Shown here piece by piece: positions 1 to 15,079 of a DNA stretch of 64,000 bases. This DNA comes from the human T2T-CHM13v2.0 reference genome, Homo sapiens: NCBI RefSeq assembly GCF_009914755.1, contig NC_060934.1. One strand, written 5' to 3'. The stretch's first letter is position 1. Each line of letters begins with the position of its first letter. The notes below the pieces were generated by a model. The model saw only the letters and a program-made list of their open reading frames with translations, had not been told where the DNA came from and did not search any database. The position numbers and the translations under genes were made by a program.

Positions 1-419
1 ACTTGCAGACAATGAAGTGTTGCATCACCTCCCCCAGGAGAAAAACTTTTAAAAAATCTTCTCCAGTGATCAAGAAGGATGTTCTGCTACCAACTCTCCC
101 TATATGTGATCTACATGTCCAAAAATGGTAGATGATGGAGTACTATTATACTGCAACTTTAGCCCATTGATGAAGTCAAGTAATTGATACAACATTGCTA
201 GCAAGAAACAGCGGCTCTGCACCTAAGAAGGGAGGCAGGGGGGCATACTGCATGGATTTTACAGGGCTGTTTCTGCCCTGAGCTTTCTTCCTCATCTGTA
301 AAGTGAGGGATTTGGATGGAATGCTTGCTAAGGGATGTTTAAGCATTGTGATGTTGTAATATCTATAAGAAAGCAATTAAACTCTGCTTTTATAAACCTT
401 CACATTTATTGTGGCATTT

Positions 420-1070
420 TTCATCATCAGATTGGCAAAGATTGAAACACATGGGGCTAATGAGGAGATAACAAAACAGATGCTCTTGGCCTTACTGGTG
501 GGTGAATAAATTGGCTCAACCTCTGTGGATATCTATAAAAATATAATAACAATGACAATCATAATTTGCAGCGCATATACCCATTTACACTGATAACTCA
601 TTTCTGGGAGGTTCTCCTAGAGCTATGTTTGCACATGGAAGATTAACTACGGTGCTGTTTATTGTAACAGGAAGCTAGGAATGACCTGCATGCCCTTTGG
701 TGAAGGATGGTGTGCTAAATTGGGCTACATCTAAGTAAATGGGACACTACACCAGCCCTAAAAAGAATAAGGTAGATGAACATGTTAGAACAGGATCTCC
801 AGAACAAATCACTAGGAAGAAAATGTAGAGAACTACATAATATGCTCCCATCTGGTTTGACTATGTGGTTAGAAGGTGTATATGTGTTTGTGCAAATGCA
901 AGTTTAGAACATCTCTGGAAGGATTGCTTTAAAAACAACTGTTAACACTGGTTGCCATGGTAGGGGACCTGGGGACCCAGAATAAAAGGGAGAGTTTTTT
1001 TAATTGAGGAGCTTATTGTGTTCTTTGAATTTTTTGCTTTGTACATATATTACTTTTTTATTTTAAAAAA
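420..1070 (+). mobile_element. Old L1 (L1M-class) 3' region fragment
   Basis: Degenerate L1M 3' motifs (catcagattggcaaagatt, ctcatttctgggag, gtttattgtaacagg) and A-rich end. Confidence 0.55.
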
Positions 1071-1139
1071 ACTAGTTCAAAAAGTTTTTTCGGTTTATGA
1101 GAGGTCATGACAAAAACATAAAAATACTGCAGAGAAATT

Positions 1140-1308
1140 GCATCAACTTTATTATATAGTGTATCACATACCCACATACATATACAGCATTACACAATGT
1201 TGCATATATATATATGTCTACTACATTACGTATATATGTGTATGTGTATGTACATACACATATACAATTACATATATATTTGTATACACAAACACACACA
1301 CACACACA
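1140..1308. repeat. (TA/CA)-rich low-complexity tract ending in (CA)n
   Basis: Direct reading: tatatata/tatgtgta/cacacaca runs. Confidence 0.85.
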
Positions 1309-2669
1309 CCAGTTGGATAATTTGTTGGCCCAGCTGGTTAAAAGTTGAAAGCTCATGAAATTCCAGTCACTGGTTCTCTCCCAGTTTTGAGACTCGGCCT
1401 CTCCCTTCCATAACCACAGACTATGCTTGGAGCCTAGGTCAGCCACCTACACAGTGGACTTTCCAAGAAGAAAGATCACGTTTTTTTCCCCTGTCATCCA
1501 ATGCCCAAACATCTCTCCCACATCCCCACCGAGTGAACACTTTCAGCATCAATCTCTGACTTCAGCCAGAGGAGCTGGGCATAAAGAGCCCTCACTGTAA
1601 GCCCCAAGGCAGGCAAATGGGCCAACACTTGTTGGCCATGGCCTGAAATCTCCGATGTACACACGAAACAATCAAACATCTCTGATTCACGTTTGTTGAA
1701 TATTCTTAAGCCCTGAGAGAAAGGAGTCAAAAATAGCTAAGAGTTTTGAAACCCTTTAGGAAAAGGCACTCTTTGGCATACTTGTTTTTTCAGCATTCAA
1801 TGAACAAAAAGGTTCACTGTTTCGACCACCAAGAGAACAGCCAAGTTTTTAGAAACGCAGTCACACTTTTGGCTGACATAAGGAGATTTTCCAACTGGGC
1901 TTTCATCTGCACACGTATGGGTGGTCTCTTCCACCTACCACGGACTTTTCCGTGCCAACAATTTTGTTTGTAAATCTAAGTGTAATAACAAAGCTTGTGT
2001 ACTCATGGAACTCTAGATGTTCAGCACGAGGAAATACAAAGGTGCATTTAGGTGCCTCTATTGCTAAGAAAACCTTGATTCTTTGAAAGATGGAAAAGTC
2101 ACTTTAAACAGATCTCTTACGTCTTTAAGGAGAAGTGTAGCTGACTCGCAATTCCTTCTACAGAAACTCAAGATTGAATTATTTCCACTGGGCAGATTAA
2201 AATACACAATGTTTTCATGAGGATGACTGGACTTCATAAATTTGTCACTGCCTGGCTACGTGCAGCCTTTGATCCCTTCCATTGGGCCTTATTTTGAGCA
2301 AAAAGCATTTAGCTGCTGGGTGACACATGTCTCTGCATCCATCCCTCCTGCATGTTGTACTTGGCTGTCCTCATCAAGAGGAAAGAGACAGGGCCAGCTC
2401 TTAGGTAAGGGCCATACTGAAACATTGAGCCTTTTCCATTTTAAAGTAAAGCTGCTCAGAAGCCCCCAAGCCAGCGGCCCTAGTTTAAAGGTGTAGGCCA
2501 TCTGGCCAGCACGTCTGTCTTCTCTTTATCCATTAGGGTTGATTCCGCTGGTTGGCCTGATAGGGTCATTATTCCCCTTCTCTCATCCCAACCCATTAGT
2601 GCCCTACTCAAAGAGGACCCCATCCCCTAAGAGAGAAATACTGTTCAATCCAAGCCATACAAGTCACTG

Positions 2670-3110
2670 AAGTGCAGCAAATGGCAACTGAGCTTTCTAA
2701 GGGCCCTGTGTGATGCTGGTACCAGGAATATAAGAGAATAAGACATAGAACCTGCCTCCGAGATGCTCATCAGCTAACAGAGACGACAGACAACCCAACA
2801 ACAAAGTGATCAGTGCATGAGGTCTGCCCTGTGCCTTTTGAGCACTTACCAATCAGGTACCTATCCCAACCTTCAGGGGCTGTGGGTGCTGCAGGAAGGC
2901 AGGCCAATAAGGGAGAGCTTCCTGAGGAGGTGGCAACTGAGCTGGGTCTTAGAGGATCTGTAGGAGTGTGGCCAGAGAAAGGTGATGGGAGGCACTTCTG
3001 GCCAAAAGGGAGAGAATTAGCAACAGCACAGGTGTGTGCAACAGCACGGAAAAGCAGGTATTTGCATAGCTGGAGTGTGAAGTACAAGGTAGGAAGGGGT
3101 GAGAGATAAT
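2670..3110 (-). mobile_element. L2 LINE fragment
   Basis: Antisense L2 pattern (actgagctttcta...cttcctgaggaggtggcaactgagctgggtcttagagga...). Confidence 0.55.
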
Positions 3111-3939
3111 GGGTATAACTGACAACATGGACTCAGCTCTTCATCACCATTTAAAAATAATTATAATGATGATATTTGGAGTTTTATTCCATTTTACACA
3201 TGAAGAATATGGGGGTCCAGAAAGGTTGTGATTTGTTCAAGATTCTCTACCTGATACTTAGCAAACAGAGCTCAAGCCTTGGTGCATGGGATACTGAAGA
3301 CCTTGCTCTTGACCACTACATATAGGTTACTATAAAAATGGAATACAACAGAGACTCTAGTAACCACAAGAGAGTTCGGAGATAAAGTCCTTGCTTTCTG
3401 GAAGGTGTGAAGGCCACATCAATAATCATGGTGTCAAGGAGTGGCCACAGTGGCCGGCAGGCCAGTGGTACTCAGTGGAGGAGGCAGCAGCTGCCCCAGA
3501 AAATGCGGCTTTACTCAGCAGAGCTTGTGATGGGCCGTGGTGCCAGGGCTGTGGTGCTGCTCAGTGAAGGTGCAGGGGACAGCTAAGGTTCCCCAAGGGA
3601 GCGGCAGGACCCAGCTGAAGTGGCAACACAGCAGCTGAATGAAATGGCATCCATAATTGGGGAACAACAAATTCACTTGCCAGAGCAATGGAGAAGAGGT
3701 GGGGGAGAGGACATGGGCAAGAATGGGAGAGACATGCTGTACTTTATCTTTAAACCTGTTTAACTTTATCCATGTTGCACTAGGTGAGACTACTGGAACC
3801 TCATATTTAACTAAAGATTAAAATAGGCCATCTAATAACAAATTAAATACTTTCAGTAAGAATCCACCAATTGACCTACTCAACAACAGTTTTATTGATC
3901 ATCTACTATGTGCCAGGCAATTCGCTAGGCCCTGATCTA

Positions 3940-5870
<1,931 letters not shown>

Positions 5871-8196
5871 AAATAAGAGCCATTGCCTTTTAAAACAAAG
5901 GGGAGAATCGGTCTGGAGTCACGGAGAGTGACAAATTACTCTGCAGCAGGTTATTCGGAAACCTTTCATAAATCCGTTTAAAAATCCTCCTCAAGGTAAG
6001 ATTTCTCTAACCACATTTCAAAAGCACTGGAAGCTATTTTAGATCCTCTAGATACATCAAATAGGCTTATTCCAGCCACCATTTATATATGAAAAATGAA
6101 TAAGACAAAAGACAGACAAACAGTAAAGTATAAATCAGAGTCTTGGGGGACTTTTTAAAGAGTTGAGTGGTCTCAGTAGCTCTGCAAAGTGTCTGCAGAG
6201 TTCTGGAATAACCATAGCACCACTTACCATGAAGCAGGAAATAAGTAACAGCAGCCCTGGGTTTAGAGTCAACGTGCTGTATTTGTGGTGACAACGGCAG
6301 CTCTTTTCCCAAAATCAAGCTCTTCCGTGCCATGAGCTTCACCACAGCCTTCTTGGTGGTGGTGGATTCGTGTGCAAGAGTCATTTTAAGAGGGCACAAA
6401 CCTCACCAGAGCTCTTCAGCAGGCCACAGAATAGACGCAGGCACCCAGGGGCTGCTTTGAAGTGTTGCAGTTTTACCAAGAGAAGGCATGCGGCACGCTC
6501 TCACCCTCCTCCCTCTTGGGACTTCGGCACACAGCAATAATCAATCAGAACACTTCCCTGCCATGTCTAGATACTTCTTGAAAGCTTTTCTTTCAATGAT
6601 GTTCCAATGGCCTAGGAAGGTCCTGCAAGAAGAAACTGACCTGACAGCTTCCCTGGGACACAAGCCTTGAACTGGCTCCACTGGGCAAGTCTTTGGGGAT
6701 ATCCCCAGCCAGTTTTACCAATGGATCAAAAGCCTTACCTATGGCCTCTCTACATGGACTGCTGATTCCACATCCATTTTCTCCTGAATTGCACACAGTG
6801 TGTTGGAATCCAAGAAAATTAGCACAGAGCCCAACTCTGGTTGGGCATCTCCCCTCACTGCCGGCAAGTTACTTACACCCACCTCCATCGCCCTAGAGAC
6901 TTCATTTCACAAAAGAGCAGGGCCTTAGTCCTACACTCAGCCCTTGGGCTCCTTGAGGTTAGTGAGTCTCTTTCTATCCTCCCTCCTTTGCCCAATGTCT
7001 ACCTTCCCAAGAGTCTCCAGTATCTAGGACATTGTCAAAAACATGGCAGACACTCAAGAAATGTTCCAATGACTAATTCAATCATGCAAAAAATGGCGAT
7101 AATTCCACTCATGTAAATGATCAGACTGGATATAGATGGAGGCTGTCCCATAGAGCCCTGTGCTTTCTTCCTAGGCTCTTCCAAAATACATGGGTGCCAT
7201 GGTGTCTTTGTCTGGAGCTGGGTTCCTTAAGCAACTTTACGGCCTCTTTAGTACTCTGGAAGCGTGTTCTACATTAAGGGTTATCGGCTCTCTGGCTGCA
7301 TTCTGCCTGGACAATCCATGCTGGAAATGCCCTACAGCTGGAGACTGAAATTCAGAGTCCGCAAGTAGGAGAGGTTAAAATAAATAGTGACTCCAGCAAG
7401 ACCCTTTGTGACAAGAAGTCTGCACGGCATCCAACACCCTGGAATGCTCAGCCACTTCAAAAGGAGAGTAATTGCCAGATATCTGCAAAAGGGGCAAAGG
7501 CCTTCAGGCCACTTGCTTTGCAAGTGCTGCAGGGGAAGCAGTGGCCCAGACTGCCCGGGACCATGAAGTCCAAGAAGCAGATGTTTTACCACAGTCACCG
7601 CAGAGCCTCGATTGCCTGACATCCAGAGCCAGGCGAGGGGCCTCCCTCCCAGATGGTCACTAAGGTATCGCCAAACCAATTAGTGTTGATCGTGACTCCT
7701 GGAAGGAGAACGTCCTGTTTATTTTTTAACGCTGCTTGCTCATTGCTGGTTTCACGGTAGGAGATACATTATAATGACCAGGCTCTTTTCCGTTTCACCC
7801 CCTTGACCCCGGCCACAACTCCCTATTTTGTTTGGAATTTGGAAGTCTGGATTTCTCTAGCTATCATCAGAGTTACGTCACTGGACACAAGTGTGAGCTT
7901 CAGATGCCTCATAAATGTCGTCTACTCAGTCAACTTCTGGCTTCATTTCACAGGTCTGTTTCCCATCCACTCTCATTAGAAACTGAACATGACTTTGTAT
8001 TGGGGAGTTGAATTGACCAGTAAATCTGATTCTGATATAGTGAAGTCTAAAGTGGCATCCCGCTCCATGACCTTCTATGACCTTGGAAAAATAGTGCATC
8101 CCCCTTCACAGCAATCCATGGGTCTTGCTCTTTCATGCACACAGACACATGTACAAACACACACACACACACCACCTAATTTTCATTCTCTTAGAC

Positions 8197-8420
8197 CAGA
8201 CTTTCTCAACCTCAGCGTTACTGGCATCTTAGACTGGATAATTCTTTGCGGTGGGGGCTGTTCTGTGCATTGTAGGCTGCTGAGCAGCATCCCTGACCTC
8301 AACCCACTAGATGCCAGTGGCACCACCACCCCCTCCCCAAGCCATGACAACCAAAAATATCTTCAGATGTTGCCAGATGCCCCCCTCGAGAGTCAAATCA
8401 CCCCCGTTCGCAGACCGCTG
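8197..8420 (+). mobile_element. MER20 (hAT-Charlie) DNA transposon
   Basis: cagactttctcaacctcagc...ggataattctttgcggtggggg...ccactagatgccagtggcacc...tgacaaccaaaaatatct; terminal repeats CAG..CTG. Confidence 0.85.
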
Positions 8421-9109
8421 CTTCCTTAGACCTAAAAGGGTGATATGGAATATGACTTCTAATTTTTTTAGAGCCAAGAGATAATAGAAGTTGAGTAAGA
8501 GAGTTCCCATTTTACAATTCATTTCCTGGATTAAACAAATCAAAGAGTTTAAGTAGCTGGAAAAAAGCCCAAGAGTTCATTTGAACGAGAAGTGTTCCTG
8601 AGGAAGAGCCAGCAGTTACTCCTTGAAATTGCAGGGGATTGAAGACATCAGCAGCCAGGGGGACTCTGAGACCCATTCCCTCCATCTTCCCGTCTTATGG
8701 GAGGAGGACGTCGTGATGGTGGAAGATGGCAAGGGAGGCCCCGGAATTTCCCTGCTGTCCTGTTTGCTCCGTCAATATCAGCTCTATCCCAGCTAGCCTC
8801 CTCCATTATGTCAGAGTAGAAATATAAAGGTGAGAGTTTTAGCTAAACTGAGCATTTTTATCAGAAGTCAGAGGAATTACAAAATAGCTCCTGGCTGGGG
8901 GAAGGGGCACTGCTATGTAATCTCCCCAGCCCTCCCGAGACCCCTGCAAACCTTGTTTTCAGACCTCTTGCATCCTGCCCTGAGATCTTGGGTCTGTTGT
9001 CTGTTTCTCTCCCAGGACTGTGGACTTCCCAAGGACAGGGGCCGCACCTTATTCAAATGATTACTCCTTGAGCTTCGCACAGAGCCTGACCCACATTTTT
9101 ATTTTAACA

Positions 9110-9350
9110 ATAGCTTATATATATCGAACGCTTACCTGTACCAGGTAGTAAACACAAAACATTTCATATTCAGCATCTCGTTCAAACATTCCCCAAACTC
9201 TTAAGAGGTAGGTACTAGATTATCCCCATTTTATAGAAGTGGAGATTGAGCTCTAGGGTGTTAAATGACTTTCCAAAGTTTCCCAGCCTGTGACAGAGAG
9301 GGTACCAAGTCTGGGGCCAGGCTATTCAGACAAAGCCTCTTAATTCCTGA
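9110..9350 (-). mobile_element. MIR SINE
   Basis: MIR core attatccccattttatagaagtggagattgag...gttaaatgactttccaaag. Confidence 0.7.
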
Positions 9351-9754
9351 ATACTCCCAGGCTCTTGATACATATTTGATAAACAAATGGATGAAAGAAC
9401 AAAGTAATGTGCCCCCTGACAATCTTGCCAATCAGAGTGTTCACTAGACTGTGGTGACTGCCAGGCGACCTTATTTTCTCATTAGAGGGAAATTTTGGAA
9501 ACTAGATTGTATCTCACCTCTCCTTGTTATATTGAACACATCCCCGGTATAACTGGAAAATTTTCCTTGGAGCCTGGTATCCTTTCCCCTTTAGGATGGA
9601 AGCAATGAGCACCCACTTAGAACTGCCCTCCTAGGGCATGGAGCCATGACCGCACCAGGCTGCTCTGAGGACGGGAGTGCTCTCAGTGGTGAGCTGGAGA
9701 AAACTGAAGCAGGGGTTGGGAGGTGAACAACTCTGGCCAGTGTCAGGTCCATTT

Positions 9755-10180
9755 ATTTCAGCAAATATTTATTGACAACCACCCAGCCAGCTCCTGGGTG
9801 GATGCTGCTCAGACGGTCCTTGCCCTCTAGGTTCCCGGAGCCAGGAGGGAGAGTCACAAACCCAAGCAAAGCTAATAGAAGCCGAGTGTGGATAAATGCT
9901 GTAATCAAGGTTCAAACAATTCAATGAAACAGGAAGGAAGTAGTTCATTCTGCCCAGACAGACCAGGAGCGATCTTTGAGTGGAGGCTGGACGAGAATCT
10001 GGCCTGAAGAAGTGGCGGAAGACTGAGAGGCACAACTGGAGGTGAGGCCGGGGGTAGAACCCCTGGGGAGCAAGACCTCGGTGGTGTGGGGAGGACATCA
10101 GAGAAAGCTGTTAGGTTGTGGGTGTGAGCGAGGCTGAAAGAGAGGCTGGGGCCCATGCAGGACACACATCTCTTTACTCA
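9755..10180 (-). mobile_element. L2 3' fragment
   Basis: catttatttcagcaaatatttattgac terminus followed by degenerate L2 body. Confidence 0.55.
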
Positions 10181-10229
10181 GTGGAGCATTCTGCCCACTT
10201 TGTTCAAAGAACAACAGATTCTGAGCATA

Positions 10230-10900
10230 TTGGGGTCTAGTTTGCAGGCCACCAGAAGCAGATCCTGCAATGAGTATTTGGGTACAAGTTGTTTATTTTG
10301 GAGGGGATCTAGGGAGCATTGATGTGGTAGTGGGGCATGGAGACGGGGAAAGGAAAGATGCCAGCACCGGCATATTACCACCAGGGGCCACAGGGCCTCA
10401 GTCCCTCTGGCAGGGACGTGTGAGAGCCGTGGGAACTGACTTGCAAGGGCCAGTGGTGTGTATCATTCCCCCACTCCAAGTTCAGGGACATCTGTTGGTA
10501 ACCTACATTCATCTACAGTGAGAGTGGGAGTATTTACACCACAGAAATTGGCAAATGCTACAAATGGGGGCTTTACCTGGGCCCATCCTCTCCCAAAAGC
10601 CCATTTACCTGTACCTGCTACCTGCCGAGGGCCTCAGAGATGATGCTGTCCTCAGAGTCATCCTCCTGAGAGCACAGGGCACTGGGGAGCTGGCGCATTT
10701 CTCCCCCAACACGCATCAGTCACTGGTAAGAGCCACTCCTTGTGGTGTCACCTACTCAGGATTCCAGCCACCCTAAAAGAGGATGCATATACTCCCAGCC
10801 GCAGAATGCCCTCGGGGGAAGGAAGCCTCAGTGGCTTGCCACAGAAACCCATTAGCTTGTAAGGGAATGGGGATTGCTGAGGGGCTATGGGTCTGAACTA
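10230..10900. mobile_element. Old MaLR LTR (MLT1N/O-like) interrupted by a MER63-like hAT element (~10450-10615)
   Basis: agaagcagatcctg...gtttattttggagggga (MLT1N-type); cagtggtgtg...gggagtatttacaccacagaaattggcaaatgctacaaat (MER63-type). Confidence 0.5.
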
Positions 10901-13220
10901 CCCATGAGTGATACTAAATAAGATGTCCACTGCCCTTGAAAAAATTGCCAGGTAAGTGGAGTGGGGCCCACATACTGTTTCCATCAGTGAGCCCTCTTAT
11001 CTCTTCCCATCCACACACCTGCATACTTCCCAACAGCAGTCAGCCCGCCACCACAGATGCTGCAGACCGTTCAGGTGTTCATCACTCAGAAGCCCACACT
11101 TCTAGGGATATTTTCTCTCCAATAGGGATCCAGAAGGAAAGTACATTCTTCAATATCTCTTTCAGTGCTAAAATGTCACTTGTGGAGTGAATATTTTAGG
11201 CAAAGAAGCCCCATCTCACACACCCACAACCTCATGCCCAGTCACTGAAGTTCGTTCTGCTCCCCCAAAAGTAAAATTCTAAATACATAAAGCTCAGGCC
11301 CTGGAAGAAGACAACTTGCCTTAAATAAGTCAGGACATATCTTCCCAATGGCAGATACGTCACTCGCTGGATCCTCCAGAGAAGCAGGTCTTGTTAATAG
11401 GGCTTATCGCTTCTGTGCCCTAGTTTTGCCACTTGGGAAAGCTCCTAAGATGTGACTGTGACAATGTAAAGAGTTTGGATTTGGCTGTATTTTCATCTTA
11501 TGAACTCTGACACGCTCCATTTTCCCCCTGCTTGGGGACTTTGTGCAGGCAAAAAAGATTTTCTATCTCCAGAGCATTGAGAGCTCTTTGGAAGCAAAGA
11601 CTCGTGGTGTGATAAGGGAGGTCCTGCAGCAAATCTCCTACTTCTGAGCTTTGGAGGAGCCAGTGCGATCAAACCCCGAGTAAAGGGGACCATGCTGGGA
11701 GAACTGCTGATATATGCTCATTTGCAAGGACTGAAGCAGAAAAGATGAAATAAGCTTGAAGAAAGAAGGGAAGAATGATAGAGGTGACAGTGTTTTAGTC
11801 CCAGTTTGCCTGTTGCAAAGAAATGGACAACTGTGCTTATTGACTGCCTCCCCCCCGATTCCCTGTAAATCATCCCTTTGCAGCTTGTGTCCCAAATAAC
11901 TTATAAACAATGTCTCCTTTACTCAGCTCTCCAAAAACAATCCCTTTGTTTAACCACAATTTGCAAAAACAATTTCTTCATTGTAAATAAATCCCTAGAC
12001 TCTACAATATGCCCTGATCCAGGAAAACACAGGAACATATTTTATAAAGCTCTGTGTATTTCCAAACAAGGGACATTGTTTCACCATAGAAACTCTATTT
12101 TTAAAAATCCTATTGACAGTAAAGCATAGAGAGCACGCTTCTGGTGTGAAGATAAAGGCAGCCCAGAAGTGAGATGCCCTGGGGAAGGTAAAGTGGAGAA
12201 GAGAACTCAGAACTATTTGCTCCATCTGTTCAGTCCATCACCCAAGGGTCTCAGAGCGTGACTTGCAGCGCTGGGGCCAAATAGAAAAGGGCCTGCCGGA
12301 GATAGCTCGAGCTGGTTGGACAGAAGCCTAACCATCCTGGAGATCAGGAAGACATAGCTCAGCTGTAATAGCCTCTCCGGCAGGCCAGGGCTGCCATGGC
12401 AGGTGGGCAGGCTTCCTGAGTCAGGGTCTGAGGGGTGCTGCTCCCTGGTGCACCCACAACCCTGTAGTGAAGGGCAAGGCTGCCTGTATAATCAGAGAGG
12501 GTCACACATAGCAATACCCCTCCTAGCTGGCAGTGAGGGATTTGGTGGATCACTGAGACCCTTATTCTACTTTCTCTCCTACCAAAGAGCTTGTTTGCCT
12601 GCTCATCTCTGCTCACTGGGGTTTCTGAGAGAGGATATTGTCTTCCTAAGAGTACATGGCACTGGGGGAGCCTGAGTATTCAATCCTCAGCCCCCATCAG
12701 CCACTGGTGAGAGCTGCTCCTGGTGGTGTTACCTACCCAGCAATCCAGCCTGCCCTAGAATGGGGACAAGCACATTCAAAGCCACAGAATGCCATCAGCG
12801 GGGGAGCCTTAGCTGCTTGCAATAGCAATCTATGAGCATAGAAAGCAATGAGGAGAGCTGGGGTACTATAGCCAGGGCCCTGACAGTATCTACTCTGGTC
12901 TGAACTGCACACAGGCCATATCAAATAAAATGTCCCTTGCCTATGTGCCCAGGTCTTAGCATTATTTTTTCTAGGACCTTTTCTGAGATGTGACACACAC
13001 ATCACTGCCTTCTAGAGAGCCTTCAGAATATTACCCATGCCTTTCTCAATTACTCAGTTACTGAGCTCACCCAAAGGCAGTAGGGACAAGAGGTGGATCC
13101 TATGACCCCAGGCCCTGCCTAGTCCCTCAAATAATGTCTGCTGAAGACACACAGCCCCCTGAGGCTAATTGAAACTCCCATGGCCTCCCTGAATCGGGGA
13201 AGAGTCGGAAATTATATGCC

Positions 13221-13971
13221 ATTTATTTATTTTTTTAAGGCTTGTTTTATTTGAATGGCTGATCTGTGTAATCACAGAGGCCAGTATGTACAGACAAAGG
13301 GGGAGCTTTTATTTCTTGGTCTCTTCCTCCTTAGACCAAAGTCTTGATGATCTCCTCCTTCTTGGCCTGGAGGTGCTCTTCACGGTGCTTGCGTGCTTCC
13401 TTGATCTTAGACCTGCGGGTCTCAGCCTGGTCAGCCAGGAGCTTCTTGCAGGCCTTGTCTGCCTTCAGGTTGTGGATGTGTTCCATGAGGATCCGCTTGT
13501 TTTTGAACACATTCCCCTTCACCTTCAGGTACAGGCTGTGATACATGTGGTGATCAACCTTCTTAGATTCATGGTATCTTCTGTGATACATGTGGTGATC
13601 AATCTTCTTAGAATCACAGTATCTTCTGAGAAGCTGGCATAGAATCCTCATCCCCTCATCCACATGATCTTCTCTGGCATTCGGGCATTGGCTGTAGCCT
13701 TTCACTTAACTATGCCCATGTGCCTGCCCTTCTGGCAGGCCAAGGTGTTTTCCGGTATCGAGCCAGGAATGGACAGTCACAGGCTTGTGGATGATCAGCC
13801 CATCTTTGATCAGCTTTCGGATCCACTGATGGGAGTTGGCATTGGCGATTTCACTGGTCTCCTTGGGGTCCAACCAGACCTTCTTCTTGCCACAGCGGAG
13901 GACACTAGAGGCAAGCCTCTTCTGAAGACTGAGCATACTCATGGTTGTGGCTGCAGCAGCGAAAGGAAAGA
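13221..13971 (-). pseudogene. RPL19P: Processed (intronless) pseudogene of 60S ribosomal protein L19
   Basis: Minus-strand translation [37 protein letters not shown]...[22 protein letters not shown]...[11 protein letters not shown] matches RPL19. ATG at 13942-13940, 5' TOP-like leader CTTTCCTTTCGCTGCTGC, 3' UTR with AATAAA and A-rich tail (T-run 13222-13236). No introns; several frameshifts and a premature stop. The specific RPL19P number cannot be assigned. Confidence 0.96.
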
Positions 13972-15079
13972 GCCAGGACAAGAGCAAGGGACAAGATGCC
14001 TGGGCAGGGGGGACCCTTGGCCATTGGGACATTGCTTTTCCCATGGGAAGGGGCCACCAAAACAAAGACCCTTCCTCAGAGATGTGCCCAACACTTAAGA
14101 TGGACAGCCCAGCGATGCCCCAGAATGTTCTGTTGCCCCAGACCACTGCCTTCGTCTGTAGTTCCCAAGCCAGCCTCTTCCCTGACACCACCTGCCATTT
14201 CACATGATCTACCCTTCCCATCCCCTCCAACCTGGCACTTGTGTTCTGCTCACACTGTGACTGTGAAAAACAACAGCCAATGGAAGCGACAGCCCTGACG
14301 ATGAGCTCAGCTCGCTTTAGTTTTACACGCGGTTCTCAGTCAAAAAGCCATATGTTTGGGTCTGCACACACTTTTGCTATGAATCAGTAAAGTAGCCAGG
14401 GATTGTGGATGTTTGCGTGGGGGACTGAGGAGCTGGCTGTTCTGTGCCTATCCAGCCTGTTTCCTGCAGGGAGCATTTCTGACTTCTCTTTGGGCCTCCA
14501 CCCCTTCCTCTCTCTCTCTGTCCACAGCTTAAGGAGTGGAACTCCCAACCCAGGCAAAACCATCCAGCACCTTCCCTTCCCCGTCCTGAGGTGTCCTTAG
14601 TGGTGGTGGTGGGAATGGATAAAGGCTAGTCCAATCAAAATGAATCTCAGTAATTTTACTGGGTATTCTGGGATAAAGACACTCTCTTTTGCTGGACTTG
14701 GGGCTGTCAGCACACAGGGATGGAGAACGAAGCCCCTTAAAGGAAGTGGGGCCAAGGGATGAGCCCTGTGACTTCATCCGAACCCTGAATCAAGCTCAGG
14801 CTAAGCCAGATGTAACCTCTGGACTTCCAGCTTAAAAATAAGCATAAATTATCTTCGGGCTTAAGATACATTGGTTTTTCTATCACTCGTACCTTCAAAA
14901 AGAGTCCCAACCAGTGGATCTTGCAGTAGGCATTTCCCTGGCTTTCTGGAGGATTTCTGAGATGACAGATGCTTCTCAGTGATTAGCTTTGCTGGTGGCA
15001 GGTGGAGCCATCTGTGCAGTGGTTGGGTGTTGTGAACCTGCCTCTGCCCAGCTTTCTAGACTTTTGCTCTCACCCTCTG

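Noticed and set aside
2115-2175. Possible 37-nt minus-strand exon (tttctgtag|...GAC|GTAAGA)
   Set aside because: Weak pyrimidine tract and no supporting context; indistinguishable from chance.
3370-3840. Possible ancient Gypsy-like LTR
   Set aside because: Resemblance too vague to call without a consensus alignment.
13706-14230. 174-aa ORF fusing upstream sequence to the RPL19 N-terminus
   Set aside because: The pseudogene frameshifts after ~60 RPL19 codons and there is no promoter evidence; fortuitous upstream open frame.
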